Assembly (NCBI GenBank): GCA_036261135.1
Contig: DATALJ010000205.1
Location: 760-64,759 of the forward strand
Source: Bacteroidales bacterium
Lineage (GTDB): Bacteria; Bacteroidota; Bacteroidia; Bacteroidales; JAAUTT01
Direction: 5' to 3'
Length of the DNA stretch: 64,000 nucleotides
Below the pieces are notes generated by a model. The model saw only the letters and a program-made list of their open reading frames with translations. It was not told the DNA's origin and searched no databases. This document shows, piece after piece, positions 7,026 to 15,793 of the stretch. The stretch's first letter is position 1. Each line of letters starts with the position of its first letter. The position numbers were made by a program, and so were the translations under genes.

Positions 7026-7559
7026 TCATTTAATAGGAAAGTAAATCAGGGTTTGGTTATCTTCCGGCTTCTTTACCTGCGCGGGGTCGGTTAAGTATAT
7101 TTCCCAGACCGCCATTGTAGATTGAAGTCCCTTGTCTTTCATATATTTTTCCATTGACTCGTAAACTTTCGTCATTTCGGTGTATGCTCCTTTGTATAGC
7201 GTACTGAGTACTTTCATGGCAGGGTATTCTTTGTAAACGACGTCTCCAATGCCTTCCATCTTAGAGGAAACAGGAACACCTGCTTCAAAGGTGGTATTGG
7301 CGTTTGGATCGAATTGCGTGTAAACTGCAAACGGAGCGCCTGAGGGTTGAACGCCCTTCTGCCCCAGATAACCGAAAAGTTTACCGTAGGCCTCTCCCAT
7401 TTTGGCTGAGATTTGAGACGAAGGTGCAGTCATGGTTATGATAACTGTTTTCTGAGCACCTATTTCTTTGATTTCAAATTTTTCCTGCGAAAAAGCAACA
7501 CCTTGGAATGCAGCAAAAACTGCAATGGCAACAATTGATTTACATGTGAATGTTTTCAT
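7026..7559 (-). CDS. GyrI-like (AraC effector-binding fold) small-molecule-binding protein with signal peptide
   Basis: N-terminal signal peptide MKTFTCKSIVAIAVFAAFQGVAFSQ, then the duplicated GyrI-like pattern: IKEIGAQKTVII...GEAYGKLFGYL...GAPFAVY and YKEYPAMKVLSTLYKGAYTEMTKVYESMEKYMKDKGL...WEIYLTDP. Confidence 0.8.
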   Translation of the reverse strand: MKTFTCKSIVAIAVFAAFQGVAFSQEKFEIKEIGAQKTVIITMTAPSSQISAKMGEAYGKLFGYLGQKGVQPSGAPFAVYTQFDPNANTTFEAGVPVSSKMEGIGDVVYKEYPAMKVLSTLYKGAYTEMTKVYESMEKYMKDKGLQSTMAVWEIYLTDPAQVKKPEDNQTLIYFPIK

Positions 7560-7737
7560 GGTTAAATGATTTTAAGGTTAAACGTTAATTTAAAATTACA
7601 GCACAAAGAAAACGGGAGGCGATGACAACCGTATGTCAACAGAATTTGAAGTGAATTAAAATTATGGATTTATTTTATAAAACTCAAGCGGATAATTTGG
7701 ATATTTGTTCACCAGGAATAGCAAAGAGAATAAACGG

Positions 7738-8646
7738 ATGGGAAAAAGTAAAAAAACAAGGTTCGAGATTTGTCCGAATTGCAGTCAGGCACTCGACAGT
7801 AGTTGGGAGTATTGCCCAGTTTGCGGGCAAAGTGTGTACCAGGTTCAGGGATCGTTTAGATACCTTATTTCGGAGATTTCTGGTAATCTGTACAGCTTCG
7901 ATTCGAAGTTATTCAGAACAATCAGGTGGCTTTTTACCAAACCCGGCTTAGTAGCATCCGAATATGTATCGGGGAAAATGGCCAGCTATGTGCCTCCTGT
8001 AAGACTTTATATATTTGTGTCGCTGCTACTTCTTTTTTCAACTTCGCTTAGCACCTGTACCAAAGAAAACAAAGGACACGAGAATGTTGAAATAAATGTC
8101 AATCCTGCATACCAAGGTCAGGTATTTACTAAAGAACTAAGCAACAAAATACTAAGCTACAATGATAATCAGTTAGATTCGTTTATCCGTAAAACGAAGA
8201 TTGAACCGGGCTATTTTAATAAACAAATGGTCATCCGCATGGCTAAGATTAGTATGTACGGTCTGAGTCCTTTTATCGACAAAATTAAAGCAAATGCTAC
8301 ATTGGGAATGTTCCTGCTTATGCCTTTATCCGCATTGATACTAAGGATCTTTTACCGTAAAAAGCGCAAGCTCTATTTTGATCATTTAATTGCAGCACTG
8401 TACATGCACACAGCCATATTTATATTGTTTATTCTGAATGAACTTACCGGATTACTGTTTAATTTCGATTGGTTTTTGTGGGTACTGGTCATTTTCTATG
8501 TATACTTTATCTGGTCGCTCCGGAATTTCTACAATACAAAATGGAAACCGGCAATATGGCGCTCTATTCCCATTGTATTTACCTATTTTGTGATTCTTTT
8601 ACTCTATATGGTTGGGGTTACTTTTACCAGTTTCCTTACTTTTTAG
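7738..8646 (+). CDS. DUF3667-like membrane protein with N-terminal zinc ribbon
   Basis: CPNCSQAL...CPVCGQ zinc ribbon followed by several TM helices. I prefer the ATG at 7738 (MGKSKKTRFEICPNC) over 7705. Confidence 0.7.
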   Translation: MGKSKKTRFEICPNCSQALDSSWEYCPVCGQSVYQVQGSFRYLISEISGNLYSFDSKLFRTIRWLFTKPGLVASEYVSGKMASYVPPVRLYIFVSLLLLFSTSLSTCTKENKGHENVEINVNPAYQGQVFTKELSNKILSYNDNQLDSFIRKTKIEPGYFNKQMVIRMAKISMYGLSPFIDKIKANATLGMFLLMPLSALILRIFYRKKRKLYFDHLIAALYMHTAIFILFILNELTGLLFNFDWFLWVLVIFYVYFIWSLRNFYNTKWKPAIWRSIPIVFTYFVILLLYMVGVTFTSFLTF

Positions 8647-8661
8647 AACCGGGAAATTGCC

Positions 8662-9522
8662 ATGATCAAGCATTACGAATTCTTCAGGCGTAAGTATGGC
8701 GATGAATTGCTGATCGATCTCATCCATCTCGAAACCCTGGAGAAATACATTATCGATGGCGCTGCCCACACCTTGTCGTATTACGACATCACTTTAATTG
8801 AAGAAGGTTCCGGCAATTTGTACCTCGATCAGGAGGAATTTCCCGTTGTCCGAAACAATATCTACTTTTCTCTGCCGGGTCAAATAAGGCGCTGGGAAAT
8901 CAATAAAGTGCCAACAGGCCTGGTTCTCATATTTGAAGAAGCTTTCCTGTGCGAGTTCTTCAACGATACACGGTTTGTGCAGAACCTCGCCTATTTCAAT
9001 CCGGCCCGCAAAAGCCCGACCCTTACAATAAACGATGAAGAATATAAAGTACTAGAAGGCTTAATGCTTCAAATTGAAGGAGAAATCAAGTGCATTAAAG
9101 AAAATGACAACCATATATTACGTGCAATCCTTTACCAGGTATTAATCTGGTTGAACCGACACTTTAAGAATACTTATGATCCGGCAGAAAGCCATGTTCC
9201 AAACCGCCACATTGCGTCGTTTGCTGATTTGCTCGAAAAAGAATTCTTGAACAACCGATCGGTAAGCTATTATGCGAATAAATTGAACATAACCCCCAAT
9301 CATTTAAACGGTCTAGCGAACCAACACCTGGGCAAATCAGCCAAACAATACATAACCGACAGAATCATACTGGAAGCAAAACGACTATTGGGATCTTCCG
9401 AACTTAGTGTTTCGGAAATAGCGACAAGACTTAGCTTTGAGGACAACTCCTATTTTACCCGTTTATTCCGAAAAGCTACAGGTGATACTCCCCTTGCATT
9501 CCGCAAGAAACAAAATCCCTGA
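8662..9522 (+). CDS. AraC-family transcriptional regulator
   Basis: N-terminal cupin-like region and a C-terminal double HTH (SVSYYANKLNITPNHLNGLANQHLGKSAKQYI...ELSVSEIATRLSFEDNSYFTRLFRKATGDTP). Confidence 0.9.
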   Translation: MIKHYEFFRRKYGDELLIDLIHLETLEKYIIDGAAHTLSYYDITLIEEGSGNLYLDQEEFPVVRNNIYFSLPGQIRRWEINKVPTGLVLIFEEAFLCEFFNDTRFVQNLAYFNPARKSPTLTINDEEYKVLEGLMLQIEGEIKCIKENDNHILRAILYQVLIWLNRHFKNTYDPAESHVPNRHIASFADLLEKEFLNNRSVSYYANKLNITPNHLNGLANQHLGKSAKQYITDRIILEAKRLLGSSELSVSEIATRLSFEDNSYFTRLFRKATGDTPLAFRKKQNP

Positions 9523-9606
9523 AAAGTGCCATTCTCTCCCCGTTTCGTTCTTTAAACGAGCCATGCAACGGTATAATTTTGCTGAACAATCAACAATAAC
9601 CGCAAA

Positions 9607-10053
9607 ATGAAATCAATATTAATCCTTGTATTTATGACGACAACAGGAATTATCCATGCCCAAACCGACATGCAATTGGCTGACAAACTTATTGCGCAGG
9701 AAAAAGCAGCACTCGAACGCTGGAACAATGGCGATCCTTCGGGATACCTCGAAATTTATGCTGATGATATCACGTACTTCGACCCTTTCCTTAAAATACG
9801 TATCGATGGAAAAGAAGAACTGACCAAACTGTACAACACCCTTAAAGGACAGGTGCATGTAGAAAAGTACGAAATGCTTAACCCACTGGTTCAGGCAAAA
9901 GGCAAGATGGCCATACTTTCATTTAACCTGGTTTCGTACGAAAAAGAGAAGCAGCACAAATGGAACAGCTCTGAGGTATACAGGCAAGAAGCCGACGGGT
10001 CCTGGAAGATCGTCCATTCGCATTGGTCGTTAACCACACCCGAGCTGAAGTAA
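9607..10053 (+). CDS. SnoaL-like / DUF4440 (NTF2-fold) protein with signal peptide
   Basis: 148 aa. Signal peptide, then EKAALERWNNGDPSGYLEIYADDITYFDP and a C-terminal WKIVHSHWS, typical of NTF2-like DUF4440 proteins. Confidence 0.75.
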   Translation: MKSILILVFMTTTGIIHAQTDMQLADKLIAQEKAALERWNNGDPSGYLEIYADDITYFDPFLKIRIDGKEELTKLYNTLKGQVHVEKYEMLNPLVQAKGKMAILSFNLVSYEKEKQHKWNSSEVYRQEADGSWKIVHSHWSLTTPELK

Positions 10054-10056
10054 AAG

Positions 10057-10734
10057 CTACTTATTGGCAGCGGCCAAAATTTCACCCAGGCTCGAGAATT
10101 TATCCTGATAATCTTGTATTGAACATTTGATAACCTCGTGCGCCTCGTCAATACCGTAAATATGCGTTATTTCGGTATTGGCTTTGCTTCCTGGAAGATC
10201 CTTGTAGGTAAGAAAATAATGTTTCAACCGATCAATTACTAACTCAGGCACATCGTGTATGTCCTGGTAATTCCCATACACGGCATCGCCAAAGAGCACG
10301 GCAATAATTTTGTCGTCAGCTTCGTTACCGTCGATCATGCGAAAACCTCCAATTGGGCGGCAACGAACAAGGATGTCGCCATGCGTAATATCCTTTTCAG
10401 TGAGAATACAGATATCCAGCGGGTCGCCATCGCCGTCGATTCCTGTTTTTCCGGTTTTACTCATTGCAAATTCAGCCACATGCGGGCCACAAAACGTTTG
10501 AGGAATAAAGCCATACAGCGCGGGCACAACGTTGGAATACTTCTGCGGACGATCGATCCTTAAATAACCCGAAACTTTATCCACTTCGTATTTTACGGTA
10601 TCGGTTGGGACCACCTCAATAAAACAGGTTACCAGCTTCGGAGCATCAGGTCCATTATCGACACCATGCCAGGGATGCGATTTGTAGCGAAGACCCATAA
10701 GTCTGCCTATAGGATCGACAAAATGATTTACCAT
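10057..10734 (-). CDS. ppa: Inorganic pyrophosphatase (family I)
   Basis: HPWHGV, FIEVVPTDTVKYEVDKVSGYLRIDR, YGFIPQT, DGDPLDICIL and DDKIIAV match family I PPase active-site segments. Confidence 0.9.
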   Translation of the reverse strand: MVNHFVDPIGRLMGLRYKSHPWHGVDNGPDAPKLVTCFIEVVPTDTVKYEVDKVSGYLRIDRPQKYSNVVPALYGFIPQTFCGPHVAEFAMSKTGKTGIDGDGDPLDICILTEKDITHGDILVRCRPIGGFRMIDGNEADDKIIAVLFGDAVYGNYQDIHDVPELVIDRLKHYFLTYKDLPGSKANTEITHIYGIDEAHEVIKCSIQDYQDKFSSLGEILAAANK

Positions 10735-10848
10735 ATTGTTTAATTAACATTTACCATAAACTAACAACAGGGTATTCAAAATGTTTATTCCAGGTAACAA
10801 CCTTTGTTTTTTGTCAAGTTATTCTTAGGGAGTAATCAACAAAGAGAA

Positions 10849-13269
10849 TTATTTCTTTCCCAGAAACTGGGCTATTTTTTCGATCAGCACCTGCGGCCGA
10901 ATGGGTTTTGTAATAAAATCGTCGAATTCGGAATCCTTTATCATTTTAATGTCCGATACCATGGCGTAGGCCGTTTGAGCAATTATGGGGACATAGGGAT
11001 ATTTTTCCTTTATCAGCTTAGCCGCGGTAAAGCCGTCCATTTTCGGCATTTTTATATCCATCAGCACCACATCAATTTTTTGAGGCGGCTTATTGGCAAA
11101 GAAATCGACAATATCTGTTCCGTCTCCAAAGCTATAAATCCGTATTCCGGACTTCCGCAGCGATTCCTTCAGATATTGAAGGTTCGATTCTTCATCTTCG
11201 GCTATAGCTATGGTATAGTTCTCCCAGTTTTGCTCGGGGGATTCAGTAACTGAAGGTAAACTCTCCGGTTCGGGATGCCGGATATAAAATATGTTCGACA
11301 GGGTGAAATAAAACGTTGTTCCGCTATTCAGAACGGATTCGACCCAAATACTACCGCCGAGTAATTCACAGAATTTCTTGCAAATGGCAAGTCCCAAGCC
11401 AGTTCCTGAAAACAGCCTTTCGTCATTCCCTTCAGTTTTCCAGAACCTTTCGAAAATATTGGAGAGGTTTTCAGGCCTGATCCCCATCCCCGTATCCTTC
11501 ACATAGAAGATTAGCTGTTGATTCTCAATCGAAAACCCAAGTTCAATAAACCCTTCTTCGGTAAACTTAATGGCATTGGCCAGCAGGTTGGAAACAATTT
11601 GCTTAAACCGGATAGGGTCCGATTTCATCATCAGTTGGTTGTTCTGGGCATAGGGTGAAATCCGGAGATCTACATTGGTATTCGTTAAACTATGCTTTGC
11701 CGATGTATACAACTCCAAAAGAATGTCGTTTACTGAAAAAATTTCGTTTACAACTTGTATCTGTCCCGATTCAATTTTCGACAAATCGAGAATATCATCA
11801 ATGAGTCGCAGAAGTTGGTCGCTGTTCGATTTCGCCACCTGGATGAAGTAATTGCGCTTACTTTCGGAAAACGAAGTATCGGCCGATAATGTGGAAAATC
11901 CAATGATGGCATTTAGCGGGGTACGGATTTCGTGCGACATGTTAGCCAGAAATGAAGATTTCAGTTTATCAGCATCTTCAGCCCGCTGTTTGGCAACCAC
12001 GAGCGCCTGGTTGGATTCCGAAAGGTTTTCATTCAATTCCTCCAATCGGGCATTCATATTATTTACCATGTCGTTGGCATCCTCAAGCTGCTTGTTCTGC
12101 TTTTGTATTTCTTCGTACTTTGTCAGCACATTCTGTTCAGCCCTTCTTCTGCGCCCAATATTAATAATTAAGTAAAATATAATTAAAGCCTGAAAACTTG
12201 CAAATACAACCAACGCTATGATATACTTCAGGTAATCTTTCAACGAAAGGGGTTTGTTTATAATTACCGATCCGTTGGGCAGCAACGACTCATCAATATT
12301 GAATTTTTTCAATACATTATAGTCGAAATAATAGTGGAGATCTGGCATATAAATCCGCTGGGCCGGTTTGTAACCAGGATGATCAATGAACTTAAGTGCC
12401 AGCGTGGCCATAGACCTTCCGTGCGTAGACCCTTTATTAATTACTCCCCCTATAACTCCTTTACCTAAAAGTGCTTCAGTTCCTGTAAAAACAGGCACTT
12501 TAGACAGGGCCAGTACTTTTTGAAAAAGAACGTCCTGATTAACGGGCTTCCCTTCCGAATCGCGTACGAAATTTACCATAGCTATGGCGCTGTGCGCATT
12601 TAAACTGGATATTCGTTGCAGAAGAGAATCCATGTTGGCGCTGTAAATGTACACGAATTCAACCCTGCTCGAAAACCTCGGTTCTATTTCTTCCTTGATA
12701 TACCTGTTCAGAACGAGGTTTGTTGTAGTGGAATCGTTGATAAAATAAAGTGTTTTTACGGAAGGAATAATGTCGAGAATAACTTTTAAAACCAGGCTTT
12801 GGTCCACTTCTTCCTTAATCCCATAAAACCATGGCTTTTCCTTCAAAGGATAATCCTGAATGTTATTAACACCGCAAAAGATAACAGGAACATGAGGTGC
12901 AAGCTGTTCGCCGTACTTATTAATAAAGTCGAGGGCATCGTTATCGCTCACCAATATAACGTCAAAAGAGACGTTGCTGTATTTTTCTTTATATAACTTG
13001 TATAGATTCTCGAAATTGGAAGTGCCAAACCGGTTCGCATCAAGGTATTCAATATAAAGAAGGACATCGGGCCTGGCAGCCATTGTTTTTACAACGCCAC
13101 TGGTAATACTATCACTCCAGGAATAGGTAACATTATATGAATTAAGATATAAAACCTTCTTTAGATCCGAATTCTGGGAAAATACAGGATGTAAACAAAA
13201 AGTTAAACTGATAAATAGGCTGAAGACAATGAAAATAGGTAATCTTATATACGACTGATTATCTTTCAT
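10849..13269 (-). CDS. Hybrid sensor histidine kinase/response regulator with periplasmic ABC-substrate-binding-like domain
   Basis: Signal/TM segment, a periplasmic domain (VLYLNSYNVTYSWSD...), a TM helix and a coiled coil. Then the H-box SFLANMSHEIRTPLNAI, an HATPase (GTGLGLAI) and a C-terminal receiver (IAEDEESN...VLMDIKMPKMDG...KPI). Confidence 0.9.
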   Translation of the reverse strand: MKDNQSYIRLPIFIVFSLFISLTFCLHPVFSQNSDLKKVLYLNSYNVTYSWSDSITSGVVKTMAARPDVLLYIEYLDANRFGTSNFENLYKLYKEKYSNVSFDVILVSDNDALDFINKYGEQLAPHVPVIFCGVNNIQDYPLKEKPWFYGIKEEVDQSLVLKVILDIIPSVKTLYFINDSTTTNLVLNRYIKEEIEPRFSSRVEFVYIYSANMDSLLQRISSLNAHSAIAMVNFVRDSEGKPVNQDVLFQKVLALSKVPVFTGTEALLGKGVIGGVINKGSTHGRSMATLALKFIDHPGYKPAQRIYMPDLHYYFDYNVLKKFNIDESLLPNGSVIINKPLSLKDYLKYIIALVVFASFQALIIFYLIINIGRRRRAEQNVLTKYEEIQKQNKQLEDANDMVNNMNARLEELNENLSESNQALVVAKQRAEDADKLKSSFLANMSHEIRTPLNAIIGFSTLSADTSFSESKRNYFIQVAKSNSDQLLRLIDDILDLSKIESGQIQVVNEIFSVNDILLELYTSAKHSLTNTNVDLRISPYAQNNQLMMKSDPIRFKQIVSNLLANAIKFTEEGFIELGFSIENQQLIFYVKDTGMGIRPENLSNIFERFWKTEGNDERLFSGTGLGLAICKKFCELLGGSIWVESVLNSGTTFYFTLSNIFYIRHPEPESLPSVTESPEQNWENYTIAIAEDEESNLQYLKESLRKSGIRIYSFGDGTDIVDFFANKPPQKIDVVLMDIKMPKMDGFTAAKLIKEKYPYVPIIAQTAYAMVSDIKMIKDSEFDDFITKPIRPQVLIEKIAQFLGKK

Positions 13270-13323
13270 AAAGAGTCTATAACCCCGGAAAATTAATGAA
13301 AGTTTTTGAAAAATAAGACATTA

Positions 13324-15456
13324 TTACCTTTTTATTTTACATTGTCCGCTTAAAAGAATATCCCTGGAAGATGAACCCACCGAAATGGTAAAATTGCCGG
13401 GTTCCACAATCCACTGATGCGACTTCACATCCCAAAATGCGAAATCGTTCTTATAAAGTGTAAGCTGTACTTTGGTCGATTTCCCCGCTTCCAGTGTCAA
13501 CTTTTTAAAGGCTTTCAGCTCCTTCTCAGGGCGAAGAACCGAAGATTCTTCATCGCGAACATAAACCTGCGCAACCGTTGAACCCGAAACCTTTCCGGTA
13601 TTTTTTATTTCAAACTCAACAGTAACCGAAAGATCGGATGAAGGTTTAGAAACCTGTAAATTTTTGTATTCAAACCCGGTGTACGAAAGCCCAAATCCGA
13701 ACGGGAACAAAGGTTCAATCTTTTTTGCTTCGTACCAACGATAGCCAACAAATACACCTTCCTTATATTCGCAATTAATAAAGGGATTGGCCATATTACC
13801 ATCCTCGTTCCAGCCTTTATAGAGCTTTCGGCCTTCGGGTATGTATCCAAAACCCGGTGAATCTTCAAATTTCTTTTCTATAGAAATGGGCAGTTTACCC
13901 GACGGATTAGTTTTCCCTGATAATATTTCTGCAAGTGCTACATTTCCATTCTGGCCTACATACCAGGAATAAATGATTCCGGGAACCTTTGATGCCCAAC
14001 CGGACATTTGTATTCCGCCGCCAGCATTAACTATAACAATGGTACGGGGATTTTTGGAAACGATGTTATTTACTGTCTTGTCAATTTCGGGTTGTTCAAA
14101 CGGCTTGTCCCAGCCCTCGCTATCCAGCGTTCCAACACTTAAAAGTACTACTGCGGCTTCTGCAATCTGCTTATCGGTAGGTTCGCTCACGTATTCAATG
14201 CGGTCTCCAAACTCGTCCTTAAATGCATCAAGCATGGTTACATTATTATAACCCAAAACCTCAGCAGAACCAAGGCCACGGGCAAGTTCTTTAACGAAAT
14301 CGCCGGTCAACAGGATTTTACCGGTTTGTTTTGAAAGCGGAAGAATGTTTCCTTCGTTCTTTAATAAAACAATGGCTTCGCGGGCGGTTTGCAGGGCTAC
14401 CTTTTCGTGTTCGGGCAAATTGGCCAGTAACGATAAATCCTTTACCGGCCGGTCGTATAATCCCATAGCAATGGATGCGCGCAGAATGCTTTTTGCCATG
14501 CGATTGATATCTTCTTCGGAAACTTTGCTTTCCTGAACAAGCTTCATTGCGTTCTTCTTGATATTGGCATCTTTAATAGGTTCATCTGGCTTCGCCCAGC
14601 TCCGGGGGTCTCCTGGCATTTCGAGGTCCTGACCCGATTTGATAACTTTCTGCGCATCCCAAACCGACCACCAATCAGTCATTACCAGCCATTTAAAACC
14701 TAATTGTTTCCGCAGCAGATTGTTTATCACATAATCGCTTTGTCCGGTCCATTCGCCGTTCACCTGGTTGTAGGATGTCATTACAGCCATAGCACCAGCG
14801 TCAATCCCTGCCTTAAAAGCAGGAAGGTATATTTCGTGTAAGGTACGCTCATCCACAATAACATTAGTGGTACGGCGGTAATAATCTGTATTGTTGCACA
14901 AAAAATGTTTCAGTGTAGCCATGGTTCCTGTGCTTTGCAAGCCCACCACATAGTTCTCAATCATCCGTGCAGCCAGGTAAGGGTCTTCGCCGAAGTATTC
15001 AAAATTACGACCATTCTGAGAGATCCGGTATATATTCATTCCCGGGCCGAGAAGCACTGCTACATCGCTTGCACGGCATTCTTCGCCGATGCATCTGGCA
15101 TATTCCTTTGCCAAATCGGGGTTCCATGTTGCAGTTAAGGCTATGGGGCAAGGAAAAGCAGTAGATTTCTCCATAAGATTACTCAGTTCTTTGCGAATAT
15201 GAACACCTTGTGTGGCATCGGAGAGATAAAGCTGAGGTATATTGTACTTTTCAAAACCTTTTATGAAGAACATATTGTGTCCACCAATGAGCAGGATTTT
15301 ATCCTCAAGCGACATCTGCTGAAGTATGGCTGCAGCTCTTTCGTCGGCCTTTTCAAAACTTACAGGGGGCACAAATGGCTTAATATGCTGACTTTTCATA
15401 ACCGGACAGTTTACAAAACAAGATATAAGAATAAGGGCAAAGCAAATTCGTTTCAT
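13324..15456 (-). CDS. Glycoside hydrolase family 3 (beta-glucosidase-like), secreted
   Basis: 710 aa with signal peptide. GH3 motifs are present: SDATQGV, KHFLCNN, GFKWLVMTDWW (nucleophile Asp region), plus a C-terminal fibronectin-like domain (AQVYVRDE...LKAFKK). Confidence 0.92.
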   Translation of the reverse strand: MKRICFALILISCFVNCPVMKSQHIKPFVPPVSFEKADERAAAILQQMSLEDKILLIGGHNMFFIKGFEKYNIPQLYLSDATQGVHIRKELSNLMEKSTAFPCPIALTATWNPDLAKEYARCIGEECRASDVAVLLGPGMNIYRISQNGRNFEYFGEDPYLAARMIENYVVGLQSTGTMATLKHFLCNNTDYYRRTTNVIVDERTLHEIYLPAFKAGIDAGAMAVMTSYNQVNGEWTGQSDYVINNLLRKQLGFKWLVMTDWWSVWDAQKVIKSGQDLEMPGDPRSWAKPDEPIKDANIKKNAMKLVQESKVSEEDINRMAKSILRASIAMGLYDRPVKDLSLLANLPEHEKVALQTAREAIVLLKNEGNILPLSKQTGKILLTGDFVKELARGLGSAEVLGYNNVTMLDAFKDEFGDRIEYVSEPTDKQIAEAAVVLLSVGTLDSEGWDKPFEQPEIDKTVNNIVSKNPRTIVIVNAGGGIQMSGWASKVPGIIYSWYVGQNGNVALAEILSGKTNPSGKLPISIEKKFEDSPGFGYIPEGRKLYKGWNEDGNMANPFINCEYKEGVFVGYRWYEAKKIEPLFPFGFGLSYTGFEYKNLQVSKPSSDLSVTVEFEIKNTGKVSGSTVAQVYVRDEESSVLRPEKELKAFKKLTLEAGKSTKVQLTLYKNDFAFWDVKSHQWIVEPGNFTISVGSSSRDILLSGQCKIKR

Positions 15457-15793
15457 GGGTAAACAATTTTAATGATATCAGATGATGACTATTGTAGCAT
15501 TTACAAAGTTCAGATTGCCTAAATTAAATTAAAAATTGCAAAACACATGGGGTCAACCGTGCTTTTTTATCAAAGCATCTGTATTTACAAAGGATTGGCA
15601 CAGATATATTTAATTTTCAGCCTTGTATCGTAAATTAATATTTTTGGTTAATTTTGGAAGCTATTTATTAAACCGCTACAGTTCCGAAAATTATATTGTT
15701 GGTTTAATTGTATTTTGATTGGGTATTTATGTGTATTTACTGCGTTTGCATGTAAATATTTTATGATTTTGAAACTATCATATCGCTATAATA

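Noticed and set aside
15639-15656. Two TAnnTTTG matches (15639-15646 and 15649-15656) as the promoter of the giant gene.
   Set aside because: They are about 140-150 nt from the ATG in very AT-rich DNA, where the motif arises easily. I could not pair them with a convincing TTTG at the right spacing, so they are not reported as a feature.
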